Of a stretch of 24,874 bases of DNA, positions 9,147 to 18,306 are shown piece by piece. Numbering within the stretch: position 1 is the stretch's first letter; each line of letters opens with the position of its first letter. The notes under the pieces are model-generated. The model was not told the origin of the DNA and did no database searches. It was given only the letters and a program-made list of their open reading frames with translations. A program made the translations under genes and the position numbers. The stretch covers positions 1 through 24,874 of the forward strand of contig JBGSUI010000104.1 of the NCBI GenBank assembly GCA_041736175.1. Reading direction: 5' to 3'. This DNA is from Oligoflexales bacterium. GTDB taxonomy: Bacteria; Bdellovibrionota_B; Oligoflexia; Oligoflexales; CAIYRB01.

Positions 9147-10969
9147 TAGAATTTGGCAACCCAGATGCACTCTTTTACCTTTTGGTGCTTCCCCTTGTGA
9201 TCAGCCTTATTGTGGCAGGCTACCGTGTCCGTCGCCGCCGGCTGTCTCTAGTCCAAGGTGTTGGAGGGTCCTTAAAGCGTGACAATCATAAAATTTTGGC
9301 TTTCCAGCCGGGGATCCTCTGGCTTAAGGGTGCCTTGCTTCTCGTGGCTATGATGTTGATGGTTATTGGAATGGCAAAGCCACGCTGGGGATTTGAATGG
9401 ACTGAAGTCAAAAGGCGGGGGGTTGATATCGTGATCGCAGTCGATGTCTCTCGTAGCATGCTGGCCCAAGACATCACCCCGAGTCGGTTAGAAAGATCTA
9501 AACGAAAAATAATTGATTTTTTGGAGATCCTCGGGGGGGACCGGGTGGGATTGGTCGCCTTTGCTGGTCAGGCTTTTGTTCAATGTCCTGTCACAGAGGA
9601 CCATGGGGCCCTCAAGATGTTTTTAGAATACTTAGATCCCGATCTTATCCCACTCCAAGGTACAGACCTCAAGGAGGCCATGGCAGTCTCCCTAAAGGCG
9701 CTATCCGAGGGCTCTCAGGGCGCCGCAAAGGATCGGGCGATTTTGTTGATCTCCGATGGGGAGGCCACAGAATCCACGGAGGAACAGATCGCTGAGGCCA
9801 TCAAGCTGGCCAAAAGCCAAGGAGTAGTTGTCTACACCGTCGGCGTCGGGACGGAGGTGGGAGGGCCCATCCCAGATGCGACGGGAAGTTTTAAAAAAGA
9901 CGCCCAAGGAAACGTGGTTATTTCAAAACCTGACGAAGAGGCCCTTAAAAAAATCGCCCTGGAAACCGGAGGATTGTTTGTGAGGTCTATGTCTAACGAT
10001 ATAGATCTCAAACAAATTTATTTTGAGGGGATCAAAAAGAAGATTGAAGACTATGATATCAAGGGGAGTCATGAAAAGCTTTGGTTTGAACGCTATCAGT
10101 GGTTTGTAGGGGTGGCATTGCTTTTACTTATGGCCGAGACTGCACTGCGAGATATCAAAATCCTAGGGTTAATCCTTGTGGGGATTGGTGCCGCGGGGGT
10201 GATCTGGGTTCCTCCAGCACAGGCCTCATGGCTCAACAATGCCCATGATGCTTTTGAAAAGGGGGACTATGGCAGCTCCACAGAAAAGTTTCTCCAACAA
10301 GAGGCCGAACAACCGGATAATCCCGAGGCTATTTATAACAGGTCGGTCAGTCAATATAAACAAGGCAACTACCGTGATGCGGTCCAAGGGTTTGCTAAAT
10401 CCAGCGCTATGACGACTGATGGTGAACTCTCGCGACGGGCTTTGTTTAATGCTGGTAATGCGTATGTTGGTCTGGGAGATCTAGATAAGGCTATCGCTGC
10501 CTATGAAGGTGTTTTGCAAAGTGACCCCAGCGACGTCAAAGCTAAGGAAAACCTCGAATATGTCAAAAATCTAAAAGATCAAAAAAAGAAAGACGAATCG
10601 AAAAAGGATCAAAATCAGGACCAGAAGCAGGACCAGAAGCAGGATCAACAACAAGACCAAAATAAACCCCAAGAGAAGCCCCAAGACCAAAAACAGGACC
10701 AAAAAAACCAAGACCAGAAGCAAAAAGACCCTGATAAATCCCAAGAGAATCCTCAAGAACAAAAACCAGAACAAAACCAAAAAGAAGACCAAAAACAGGA
10801 CCAAAAAAGCCCTGAACAAAATCAAAGCCAGCAACCGCAGCCTGCTCAATCAAAAGTATCCCCGGAACAGGCAGAAGAATTGCTCCGTGCCGTCGAGGAT
10901 AAAGCTGCAAAATACCTGATGAGGCCAGCGGAGCCAGCCCAGCCTCGGACACCCCAAAAGGATTGGTAA
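9143..10969 (+). CDS. batB: BatB-BatC fusion (vWA + TPR + Gln-rich linker)
   Basis: A.PRWG, MIDAS DVSRSM, PSRLERSK, LLISDGE; then TM segments, TPR motifs (AIYNR, ALFNAGNAY...A...YE..L..DP.D..AK.NLE), a QDQK-rich region and terminal KDW. Confidence 0.9.
   Translation: MIEFGNPDALFYLLVLPLVISLIVAGYRVRRRRLSLVQGVGGSLKRDNHKILAFQPGILWLKGALLLVAMMLMVIGMAKPRWGFEWTEVKRRGVDIVIAVDVSRSMLAQDITPSRLERSKRKIIDFLEILGGDRVGLVAFAGQAFVQCPVTEDHGALKMFLEYLDPDLIPLQGTDLKEAMAVSLKALSEGSQGAAKDRAILLISDGEATESTEEQIAEAIKLAKSQGVVVYTVGVGTEVGGPIPDATGSFKKDAQGNVVISKPDEEALKKIALETGGLFVRSMSNDIDLKQIYFEGIKKKIEDYDIKGSHEKLWFERYQWFVGVALLLLMAETALRDIKILGLILVGIGAAGVIWVPPAQASWLNNAHDAFEKGDYGSSTEKFLQQEAEQPDNPEAIYNRSVSQYKQGNYRDAVQGFAKSSAMTTDGELSRRALFNAGNAYVGLGDLDKAIAAYEGVLQSDPSDVKAKENLEYVKNLKDQKKKDESKKDQNQDQKQDQKQDQQQDQNKPQEKPQDQKQDQKNQDQKQKDPDKSQENPQEQKPEQNQKEDQKQDQKSPEQNQSQQPQPAQSKVSPEQAEELLRAVEDKAAKYLMRPAEPAQPRTPQKDW
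10570..10850 (+). repeat. low-complexity QDQK coding repeats in the BatB/C linker
   Basis: Tandem CAGGACCAGAAG units near 10615-10645; exact 24-nt duplication AAGACCAAAAACAGGACCAAAAAA at 10683-10706 and 10785-10808. Confidence 0.85.
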
Positions 10970-10972
10970 TTT

Positions 10973-12865
10973 ATGCCCCAGATGATTAGCAAATTGATCT
11001 TAGGTTTTTGGGTGATGGTGTGGAGTGCTGCCTTATCAGCGGGTACCCTGACTGCCGAGCTAGACCGCACCGAAGGTCCTATCGAAGAACCTTTTGTACT
11101 TACCATAACCATCGAAGGAAATGCTGCTTCGGCCCTAGACCTTCCTAAGATCGAAAATCTTCAATTCTATCAGAGAGGTTCCTCCCAACAGCACTCCATC
11201 ATGAACGGGAAGATTTCGAAAAGACAAATCTTTACGATTTTGGTTCAGGCAGAAAAGCCAGGTGTGTTTACCATTCCCAGTCTCAAAATGGAGATTGACG
11301 GCAAACCCGAATCATCCCTGCCCCTGACTCTCCGCGTAGGCACCGGCGGGTCGGCCCCGTCCCAGACCAACCCTAAGACCGGTGATCCAGGGGAAGCGGG
11401 AGTCGATGATAGCACCCAAGGCTCATCTGGAGATCTGGAAAATCAGCAGGTCCAAGCCTTCAAAAATCTCGAAAAAACTGGAGGCGTCTTTGTCATTCGC
11501 CAATGCAGTCCGACCTCGGTCTATGTGGGACAACAGATTATCTGTAACGTAAGAATCTATCACCCCGGAAATTTCAATTCGGGTCAAAAAGTGCCTGAAA
11601 ATTCCCCAGAGTTTAGGCGGTTTATGCCTGAAGGTGAAAAGCGATTTAATCAAGTGATCAATGGTCGCCGCTTTGGGGTGATCGAAGTCACCGAGATTTT
11701 TGTACCACTCAAAGACGGAGAAAAGGTGTTACCTTCCTTTACCCTCGATGCCCAGGTCGTGAGTTGGGAGCATCGCAAAAATCCCCTGGATAAATTTTTC
11801 GATCGGTTTGGAGGAGGGGCCTTTGATTTTGATTTTAGCTTTCCAGATACTAAAGTGATCAGACTCACCCATCCAGAAAATAAAACTGAGATTAAACCTC
11901 TTCCTAAAGCTGGACAGCCACCCCAATTTAAGGGAATCGTCGGTACTTTTGACCTATCCGCAAGCATCAATAAAACCCAAGTGGTCGCGGGGGATACGGT
12001 GACCATCACCTTGAGCCTCTCTGGCAAAGGAGTCCTTGATACCGCGCTGGAGCCCCAGCTGGGTTTAGACCCATCGATAAAGCAGTATGCCGATAAACCA
12101 GAATACCGGGAAAAAATCGATCGGACTGCTGGTGTGGAAAGTCAAAAGACCTTTAAGATTGCCTTAGTCCCAAGCAAACAGGGAAACTATGTGATCGGTC
12201 AGGTGGCGGTGCCGATTTTTGACCCCCAGTCGGGCCAATATCGAGTGCTATCCCATGACCTGGGAACCCTTGTGGTCACACCAGGCCAGGCAGAAGAAAA
12301 ACTCTACGCTCTCGGCAAAGTTGCTGAACCCTCAAAACAAGCAGTTAAGGAGCAAGGTAAGGACCTCTTCGGACCCCATGAGATTGCACTCTTAGGCGGT
12401 AGTCATACTTTAGGTTTGAAGGCCATCCAGGCCATGGCAGCGGTTTCCCTGATGGGATTGGCGTCGCCGCTTTTAGCGTTGGTTTGGATGGGACGAAGAC
12501 GTCGTAAAGAGGGGGATATCGCTGGATCGAGGCGCTCGGCAGCCCATCGGCACTTTAAAGCTAAGACCAAAACTGCTTTACTACACCTTGAGGGTGGCCG
12601 ATGTGAGGAGGGGTTGTCACTGCTCTATAGGGGGTTTAAGGAGTTTCTAGGGGACCTGGCTAATACTCAGGGAGCGGCGATGACCCTTAAAGAAATCGAG
12701 GAGTTTTTAAAACAGCGGTCATTCCCTGAAGAGACTCTTAAAAAACTGGTCCACCTCCTAGAAAAAATCGAGCGCGTAGAGTTTAGCGGTCAAACTCCGG
12801 ACAAGGAAGTTGCTTTAAGGTGGCTCCAAGAATTGGAAACCTTAGCCCATGGAGTTGCATCATGA
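10973..12865 (+). CDS. batD: BatD family protein
   Basis: Signal peptide (ALSA), A.LDR....E.F.LTI, G.FTIP, VYVGQ, F.G.VG.F.L, FDP..G.Y and a C-terminal TM. Confidence 0.9.
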   Translation: MPQMISKLILGFWVMVWSAALSAGTLTAELDRTEGPIEEPFVLTITIEGNAASALDLPKIENLQFYQRGSSQQHSIMNGKISKRQIFTILVQAEKPGVFTIPSLKMEIDGKPESSLPLTLRVGTGGSAPSQTNPKTGDPGEAGVDDSTQGSSGDLENQQVQAFKNLEKTGGVFVIRQCSPTSVYVGQQIICNVRIYHPGNFNSGQKVPENSPEFRRFMPEGEKRFNQVINGRRFGVIEVTEIFVPLKDGEKVLPSFTLDAQVVSWEHRKNPLDKFFDRFGGGAFDFDFSFPDTKVIRLTHPENKTEIKPLPKAGQPPQFKGIVGTFDLSASINKTQVVAGDTVTITLSLSGKGVLDTALEPQLGLDPSIKQYADKPEYREKIDRTAGVESQKTFKIALVPSKQGNYVIGQVAVPIFDPQSGQYRVLSHDLGTLVVTPGQAEEKLYALGKVAEPSKQAVKEQGKDLFGPHEIALLGGSHTLGLKAIQAMAAVSLMGLASPLLALVWMGRRRRKEGDIAGSRRSAAHRHFKAKTKTALLHLEGGRCEEGLSLLYRGFKEFLGDLANTQGAAMTLKEIEEFLKQRSFPEETLKKLVHLLEKIERVEFSGQTPDKEVALRWLQELETLAHGVAS

Positions 12866-13653
12866 AAAAGCTATTATTGATTGGGATGCATGCAGTATGG
12901 ACCCTCCTTTTAGGTCTTCAAGGGTCTAGAGATGTTTTGGCCCAAAGTCAGACGGAGATTTTGGTGTCTGCCTTAGAGGCTCAAGACAAAGGCGATGATC
13001 CTAAGGCTATCGAACTCTACGAAAAGGTCATTAAAGAAGGGTTGGTTAACGGCCATCTTTACTACAATTTAGGGATCTCCTATTTTAAGACCCAGAAGAT
13101 CGGAGAGGCAATGGCGGCTTTTTTAGCTGCAAAACGCTACCTTCCTAGGGACCCCGATGTGAAGGCCAATCTTAAGTTTGTTCAAAGCAAGATTGCCGAT
13201 AAATTAGAGCCGTCTTTAGCGAGTTCCATATGGAAAAGACTATCGGTTTTTGTGGACTGGTTTACAAAAAAAGAACTTATCATCGCCTGTTTTGTCACCC
13301 TTATGCTGGTGTCAAGCATCACTTTTATTGGACTCGTCATGCCCCGTGTAGAAGTGTTGGGTCGCTATGGCTGGTTTGGGTTTATCCTTCCCATTTTGTT
13401 GGGGGGCCTGGTGCTTATCAAAGAATTTCAAGACCCCCGCTGGGGTGCTATAAAATTTCAAGACGGTGCTAAGGTCTATTCGGGACCCGGTGAGACCCAC
13501 ACCTTGCTTTACACGTTGCAGGTTGGAGCACCGGTTTATCTGACTGGTGCGGAGAGGCAAAGCTATCTTCCGATTGAGATCTCTGACGGCAAAAAAGGCT
13601 GGGTTTTAGCTGCCCAAGTGGCTTATTTTGGCGAAGGTAAAAGAGATCGATAG
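12862..13653 (+). CDS. batE: BatE-like TPR + SH3 domain membrane protein
   Basis: ATG at 12862 overlaps the batD stop (ATGA). Signal peptide, LYYNLG.SY, PRD.D...NL, two TMs, V.SGP...L..G..V and GKKGWV. Confidence 0.88.
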   Translation: MKKLLLIGMHAVWTLLLGLQGSRDVLAQSQTEILVSALEAQDKGDDPKAIELYEKVIKEGLVNGHLYYNLGISYFKTQKIGEAMAAFLAAKRYLPRDPDVKANLKFVQSKIADKLEPSLASSIWKRLSVFVDWFTKKELIIACFVTLMLVSSITFIGLVMPRVEVLGRYGWFGFILPILLGGLVLIKEFQDPRWGAIKFQDGAKVYSGPGETHTLLYTLQVGAPVYLTGAERQSYLPIEISDGKKGWVLAAQVAYFGEGKRDR

Positions 13654-13714
13654 TCTGTGCTTGCAAAAGTAGAAAGAGTACCATGATTCTGTCTAAGTTA
13701 CAGAGGGAGTTCCT

Positions 13715-14383
13715 ATGTTGCCCCAGCGAGAGAGAAGGTTTTTGGAGCTTTTATTATCGGCAGAAGTTTTACGATTTGGCTCGTTTCAAACAAAGTCCGG
13801 ACGGAAGAGTCCTTATTTTTTTAACACGGGTAGATTCGATTCTGCCCACAAAATTTCACTGGTTGCCGAACTCTATGCCGACCTGATCATTGACCAGTTT
13901 GGTCACAGTGTCGAAAACCTCTTTGGTCCTGCCTACAAGGGAATCCCACTTGCCATCGCAACAGCCCAGGCACTGTCTCAAAAAATAGGACGAGATATTT
14001 CTTTTAGCTTTAATCGAAAAGAGCAAAAGAGCCATGGGGAGGGTGGGGGACTGATAGGTTACCAATATAAAGGTAAGGAAAAAGTCGTCATCGTGGAGGA
14101 CGTTATCACGGGGGGGACCAGCATCAATGAAACACTTCCCCTCCTAAGATCCTACGGGGTCGATATCTTAGGTTTTGCCGTCGGCATCGATCGCCAAGAA
14201 AAAGGACTTGGGACCCAGATCGCCATGGAGGAGGTCTCGGCAAGGTGGGGTATCCGAGGGGCTGCAATCCTATCCCTCAATCAGATTGTGGAGGCTCTAG
14301 ACCAAAGGGAGTTTCAGGGTAGGGTATGGATCGATGCTTCCACACGCCGATCGATCGATGAATATCGCCAAGCCTATGGATAG
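13715..14383 (+). CDS. pyrE: orotate phosphoribosyltransferase
   Basis: L.FG.F.TKSGR.SPYFFN.G, LFGPAYKGIPL, FNRKE.K.HGEGG and the PRPP motif VIVEDVITGGTS. Confidence 0.97.
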   Translation: MLPQRERRFLELLLSAEVLRFGSFQTKSGRKSPYFFNTGRFDSAHKISLVAELYADLIIDQFGHSVENLFGPAYKGIPLAIATAQALSQKIGRDISFSFNRKEQKSHGEGGGLIGYQYKGKEKVVIVEDVITGGTSINETLPLLRSYGVDILGFAVGIDRQEKGLGTQIAMEEVSARWGIRGAAILSLNQIVEALDQREFQGRVWIDASTRRSIDEYRQAYG

Positions 14384-14467
14384 CCTTAAAAACCACCAAG
14401 GATCCCTACAAAATCAAGCGAGGCAGATTGTGCCTCTTAGGATCCCGAGATTTACAGCCGAACCCTT

Positions 14468-14710
14468 ATGGTGAATAAGGAGTTTGCCTCGATGAATCCC
14501 AGGAAACCATGCCTTCGCCTTATCAAAGGAGAGAGTTCTTCTCCCGAAGGGCATTTAACCCCCCAACGGGAAACTCATGTCAAAGGAGAGGTCAGCAGAT
14601 CGAAGGAAGAAGAGCAAAAGGCAAAAGTTGCAAAAAAGCCCCTTATCCGTTTCTTAAATAGCTACTGCGATGCTATAGATCGAGAAATTCAACAAATTCT
14701 CGATCTATAG
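14468..14710 (+). CDS. small hypothetical protein
   Basis: 80-aa ORF (alternative start MNPRK) filling the pyrE-fusA gap; LRLIKG motif and an amphipathic C-terminal helix. Confidence 0.6.
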   Translation: MVNKEFASMNPRKPCLRLIKGESSSPEGHLTPQRETHVKGEVSRSKEEEQKAKVAKKPLIRFLNSYCDAIDREIQQILDL

Positions 14711-14719
14711 ATCAATCAA

Positions 14720-16825
14720 CTACTTATGACCTTTGGATTGCTCTTCACGATACCTGGAAGCGATCTGTTCTTGGATGCTTGAAGGGACAGGACGGTATTT
14801 GCCAAATTCCATGGTAAAGCTTGCTTTACCTTGGGTTGCCGAGCGAAGATCCGTCGAGTAACCGAACATTTCGGAGAGCGGAACTTCGGCGATAATCACC
14901 ACATAGTCATCACGCATATCGCTGCCGAGGAGGAGGCCTCTTCTGGAAGAAAGATCCCCTTGGACGGTTCCCTGGAAATCACTAGGGGTCTCGACTTCGA
15001 CCCGCATGATGGGCTCAAGGAGCACAGGCTTCGATGCCAGGAACGCTTCTTTAAAGGCTGCCCTGGAAGCGACTTTAAAGGCCATTTCCGAGGAGTCAAC
15101 AGGGTGGAATCCACCGTCGTCTAGATTGATTTCGCAACCGATAACCTGATAGCCACCGAGCGGCCCCTTAACGACGGATTCATTGAAGCCCTTTTCGCAA
15201 CCCGGGATGAATTCTTTAGGGATCGAACCACCAACGATGTTGTTTTTAAAGGCAAACGTTTCTTTGCTGTCTTCTGGTAAAGGAATGAGTCGACCGACCA
15301 CATGGGCGTATTGACCTGCACCACCCGTTTGCTTTTTGTGTTTATAATCAAAAGCTGCGGGTTGGGTTGGTGCTTCGCGGTAATTGACTTTAGGTTGTCC
15401 GACCACGACATTCGCTTTGTATTCCCGCTTGATGCGTTCCACATAGATCTCAAGATGAAGCTCTCCCATGCCCTTGATGATCGTTTCATTAGATTCGGGA
15501 TCTACGAAAACCCTAAAGGTAGGATCCTCTTTCATAAACCGGTTAAGAGCCTTGGAGACTTTGACCAAGTCGTCTTGTTTTTCTGGTTTGATGGCCAACT
15601 CAATCACGGGTTCAGGCACAAAAATGCTTTCCATAGTCGAGTTCAGCTCTTCCGCACAGTAGGTATCCCCAGAAGCGCATTCCACGCCCACCATGGCGAT
15701 AATATCCCCTGCGACCGCCGTATCAAGTTCTTCCTTGTCGGCTGAATGCATCCGGACAATACGTCCAATCCGTTGCTTTTTATTCATCCTAGGGTTAAAG
15801 GCAGAATCGCCTTTTTTAAGGGTCCCTTGGTAAATCCGGGTATAGGTCAGCTGGCCATACTGGTCATCGGAGATTTTAAAAGCCATAGCAATCAGTGGCT
15901 TGCTACTGTCGCAGAGGACTTTGATTTTTTCACCGGACTTCAAGTCGGTTGCAAAGTTATCGACTTCAGGGGGACTTGGAAGGTAGCGCCCAACTGCGTC
16001 TAAAAGGAGTTGCACTCCTTTGTTTTTGTAGGCTGATCCCATAAAGACCGGGGTCAACTTACGGGCGATGCAGGCAACACGTACGGTGCTATAGATCATA
16101 TCTAGGGGGATTTCTTTTTCGTCGAGCATCATCTCGGTCATTTCATCCGAGAACATGCAGACTTTATCCAACATGATCGCCCGATATTCCTGGGCTTTGC
16201 TGAGATAGTCGGCAGGAATTTCTTGTTCTTTGATGCGGTCGCCCTTTTCCCCTTCAAAGAAAAAAGCCTTCATAGTGATGAGATCAATAACTCCATTGAA
16301 GTCGATTTCGCTACCAATAGGTATCTGCATCATCACGGCATTATGGGAAAGCTTTTCCTGGAGGGCCTGGGTGACCCGGTAAGCATTAGCACCTTGGCGG
16401 TCGAGCTTGTTGATAAAGGCCAGACACGGAACATTGTACCGACGCATCTGCCTATCCACGGTGATGGATTGGCTTTGGACACCTGAGGTACCGCAGAGCA
16501 CAAGGACTGCTCCGTCAAGAACCCGTAGGGACCTTTCGACCTCGATGGTGAAATCCACGTGTCCCGGAGTGTCGATAATATTGATTTGATAGTCTTGTCC
16601 AAGGGATTTCCAATGAACCGTGGTGGCAGCGGAAGTGATCGTAATCCCCCGTTCTTTTTCAAGCTCCATGTGGTCCATGGTTGCTCCGTCTCCGCCCCCG
16701 CGGACCTCCTCGATCTTGTGGATCCTACCGCAGTAGTAAAGGATCCTCTCGGTAAGGGTGGTTTTACCGGAATCAATGTGTGCAGAAATTCCAATGTTTC
16801 GGACCAAATCAAGCTTGTGTGCCAT
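14720..16825 (-). CDS. fusA: elongation factor G (stand-alone, spdEFG1/mtEFG1-like)
   Basis: [58 protein letters not shown] and [11 protein letters not shown]. The start is taken at MAHKLD (16825). Confidence 0.97.
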   Translation of the reverse strand: MAHKLDLVRNIGISAHIDSGKTTLTERILYYCGRIHKIEEVRGGGDGATMDHMELEKERGITITSAATTVHWKSLGQDYQINIIDTPGHVDFTIEVERSLRVLDGAVLVLCGTSGVQSQSITVDRQMRRYNVPCLAFINKLDRQGANAYRVTQALQEKLSHNAVMMQIPIGSEIDFNGVIDLITMKAFFFEGEKGDRIKEQEIPADYLSKAQEYRAIMLDKVCMFSDEMTEMMLDEKEIPLDMIYSTVRVACIARKLTPVFMGSAYKNKGVQLLLDAVGRYLPSPPEVDNFATDLKSGEKIKVLCDSSKPLIAMAFKISDDQYGQLTYTRIYQGTLKKGDSAFNPRMNKKQRIGRIVRMHSADKEELDTAVAGDIIAMVGVECASGDTYCAEELNSTMESIFVPEPVIELAIKPEKQDDLVKVSKALNRFMKEDPTFRVFVDPESNETIIKGMGELHLEIYVERIKREYKANVVVGQPKVNYREAPTQPAAFDYKHKKQTGGAGQYAHVVGRLIPLPEDSKETFAFKNNIVGGSIPKEFIPGCEKGFNESVVKGPLGGYQVIGCEINLDDGGFHPVDSSEMAFKVASRAAFKEAFLASKPVLLEPIMRVEVETPSDFQGTVQGDLSSRRGLLLGSDMRDDYVVIIAEVPLSEMFGYSTDLRSATQGKASFTMEFGKYRPVPSSIQEQIASRYREEQSKGHK

Positions 16826-17100
16826 AGTTCTTAAAACCCTAAGCAATCGTCATTTAATAAAAAAGAGCCTCTTCATAACATAAAGGCAAAAAAATACAAG
16901 TAAAAGTCAAAGAAGACTAGATGAATCTCGTCGTAGATACATCAGATGCAAAAGACCAGCCACAATATTCCTGAAAAAGAATATTAAATCAATGGTTTTT
17001 TTAGAAAGGCCGATGTCCTGGTTTGGCTCGTCTCCTTCATTTTTTTTAAATTCTCACGATAGGAAATATATAAAACACCAAGCATCAGGTTAACCGGCAG

Positions 17101-18297
17101 ATGAACGAAACAAAAGGCGCCCTGCAAATCGCACCTTCCCTACCTGCGGAGCATACTGAGGACCCCTTTTCCTTTGGGGAAGCCTCGCAAATCCCAGCCT
17201 CGTTGCCCCAAGAGTCTCTGCCAGCAGAGGGAATGGCGGACAAACTAAAAGGAGTTTATGCTGGGCTGGGAGTGCTAGCCCTTGCCGCGGTGTTTGGGCT
17301 TTATCAGATTTTTGTTAATGACTACAATCCTATTGATGGCCTATTGAACTTGCTTGGACTGGCAGAAGAAGACGTTCCGCCACCCATCGTCGTAGATACA
17401 GAGCCCACCCCGGTGGAGACTCCTCCTGAGGAAGATCCGATCGAGGCGCCTGTGCAAGGAAATCCCTATTGGATCCTACCCAATGTCAATCTCACCCAAA
17501 GTGCAAGCGATCTTGGGGTAGCCTGGTCTCTTGACCAAGAAGCGGCGACCAGAGAGGGTTTGTCAAACCCCTTTGTTTACCAGCACTATAAGGCTGTCCA
17601 AGATATCCGTCGAGCCCGGTGGGCAGGATCTGAGTGGGGCCTCAAGCAGGCTTTGACTGCTAAAAAGTTTTGGACACGGATGTTTGCAGCGATTGGTCTG
17701 GCAGAAAGATCTTTTTCCGTACTTCTTTCGGATCTTGATAAATCTCTCGAAGGAGAAAGGTCAGAATTGGTCGCAGGTTTTTTTGAGCGTTTCGTTCAAA
17801 AGCCGAATGCAGGACAGTCTTATATCTTTAGACAAATCATTCGTCTTGTGGATGCCCGCTGTCGGTTGATTCTCATTGATGGGATTGCGAAATCAAACGA
17901 TGACCTCACTTTTTTATATCTCTACGCAGCTTCACAGGATCCTAATCCGAAGGTCCAAGCAAAAGGACTGAAATATCTCAAAAAATACCAGACTTCTGCG
18001 CAGCAGCAGAATCTCGCGGACCAGATGGTCCAGGGAAAGATCTCCGGCAAATCCTATCTTAAAGAGATCAACTTGGTGGCTACTGTGAGATATCCGAGTG
18101 ATGCCCATCATCCATCAGAAACTAAAGATAAGGGCGGCAAAATTGTGACGGAGGGTGATATTGATCTACAGATGTCAGAATTTAAGAATGACCCTGGAGA
18201 TATTGAATTTTTTGATTCTGATAACTCCGAAGTCTTCGAAGTTAACGACTCAAAAAATCCTAAAAAATCTCAAAACCCTAAAGATTCAAATAAATAA
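17101..18297 (+). CDS. hypothetical single-TM protein with Pro/Glu linker and HEAT/ARM-like helical domain
   Basis: 398-aa ORF; TM GVYAGLGVLALAAVFGLYQIFV; PPPIVVDTEPTPVETPPEE linker; HEAT-like segments (L.QAL..KKFWTRMFAAIGL; A.QDPNPKVQ..G). Confidence 0.75.
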   Translation: MNETKGALQIAPSLPAEHTEDPFSFGEASQIPASLPQESLPAEGMADKLKGVYAGLGVLALAAVFGLYQIFVNDYNPIDGLLNLLGLAEEDVPPPIVVDTEPTPVETPPEEDPIEAPVQGNPYWILPNVNLTQSASDLGVAWSLDQEAATREGLSNPFVYQHYKAVQDIRRARWAGSEWGLKQALTAKKFWTRMFAAIGLAERSFSVLLSDLDKSLEGERSELVAGFFERFVQKPNAGQSYIFRQIIRLVDARCRLILIDGIAKSNDDLTFLYLYAASQDPNPKVQAKGLKYLKKYQTSAQQQNLADQMVQGKISGKSYLKEINLVATVRYPSDAHHPSETKDKGGKIVTEGDIDLQMSEFKNDPGDIEFFDSDNSEVFEVNDSKNPKKSQNPKDSNK

Positions 18298-18306
18298 TCC
18301 ACCATT

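Noticed and set aside
10563..10952. Hydrophobic minus-strand ORFs (129 aa and 92 aa)
   Set aside because: Antisense mirror of the T-poor QDQK repeat, which lacks stop codons on the reverse strand.
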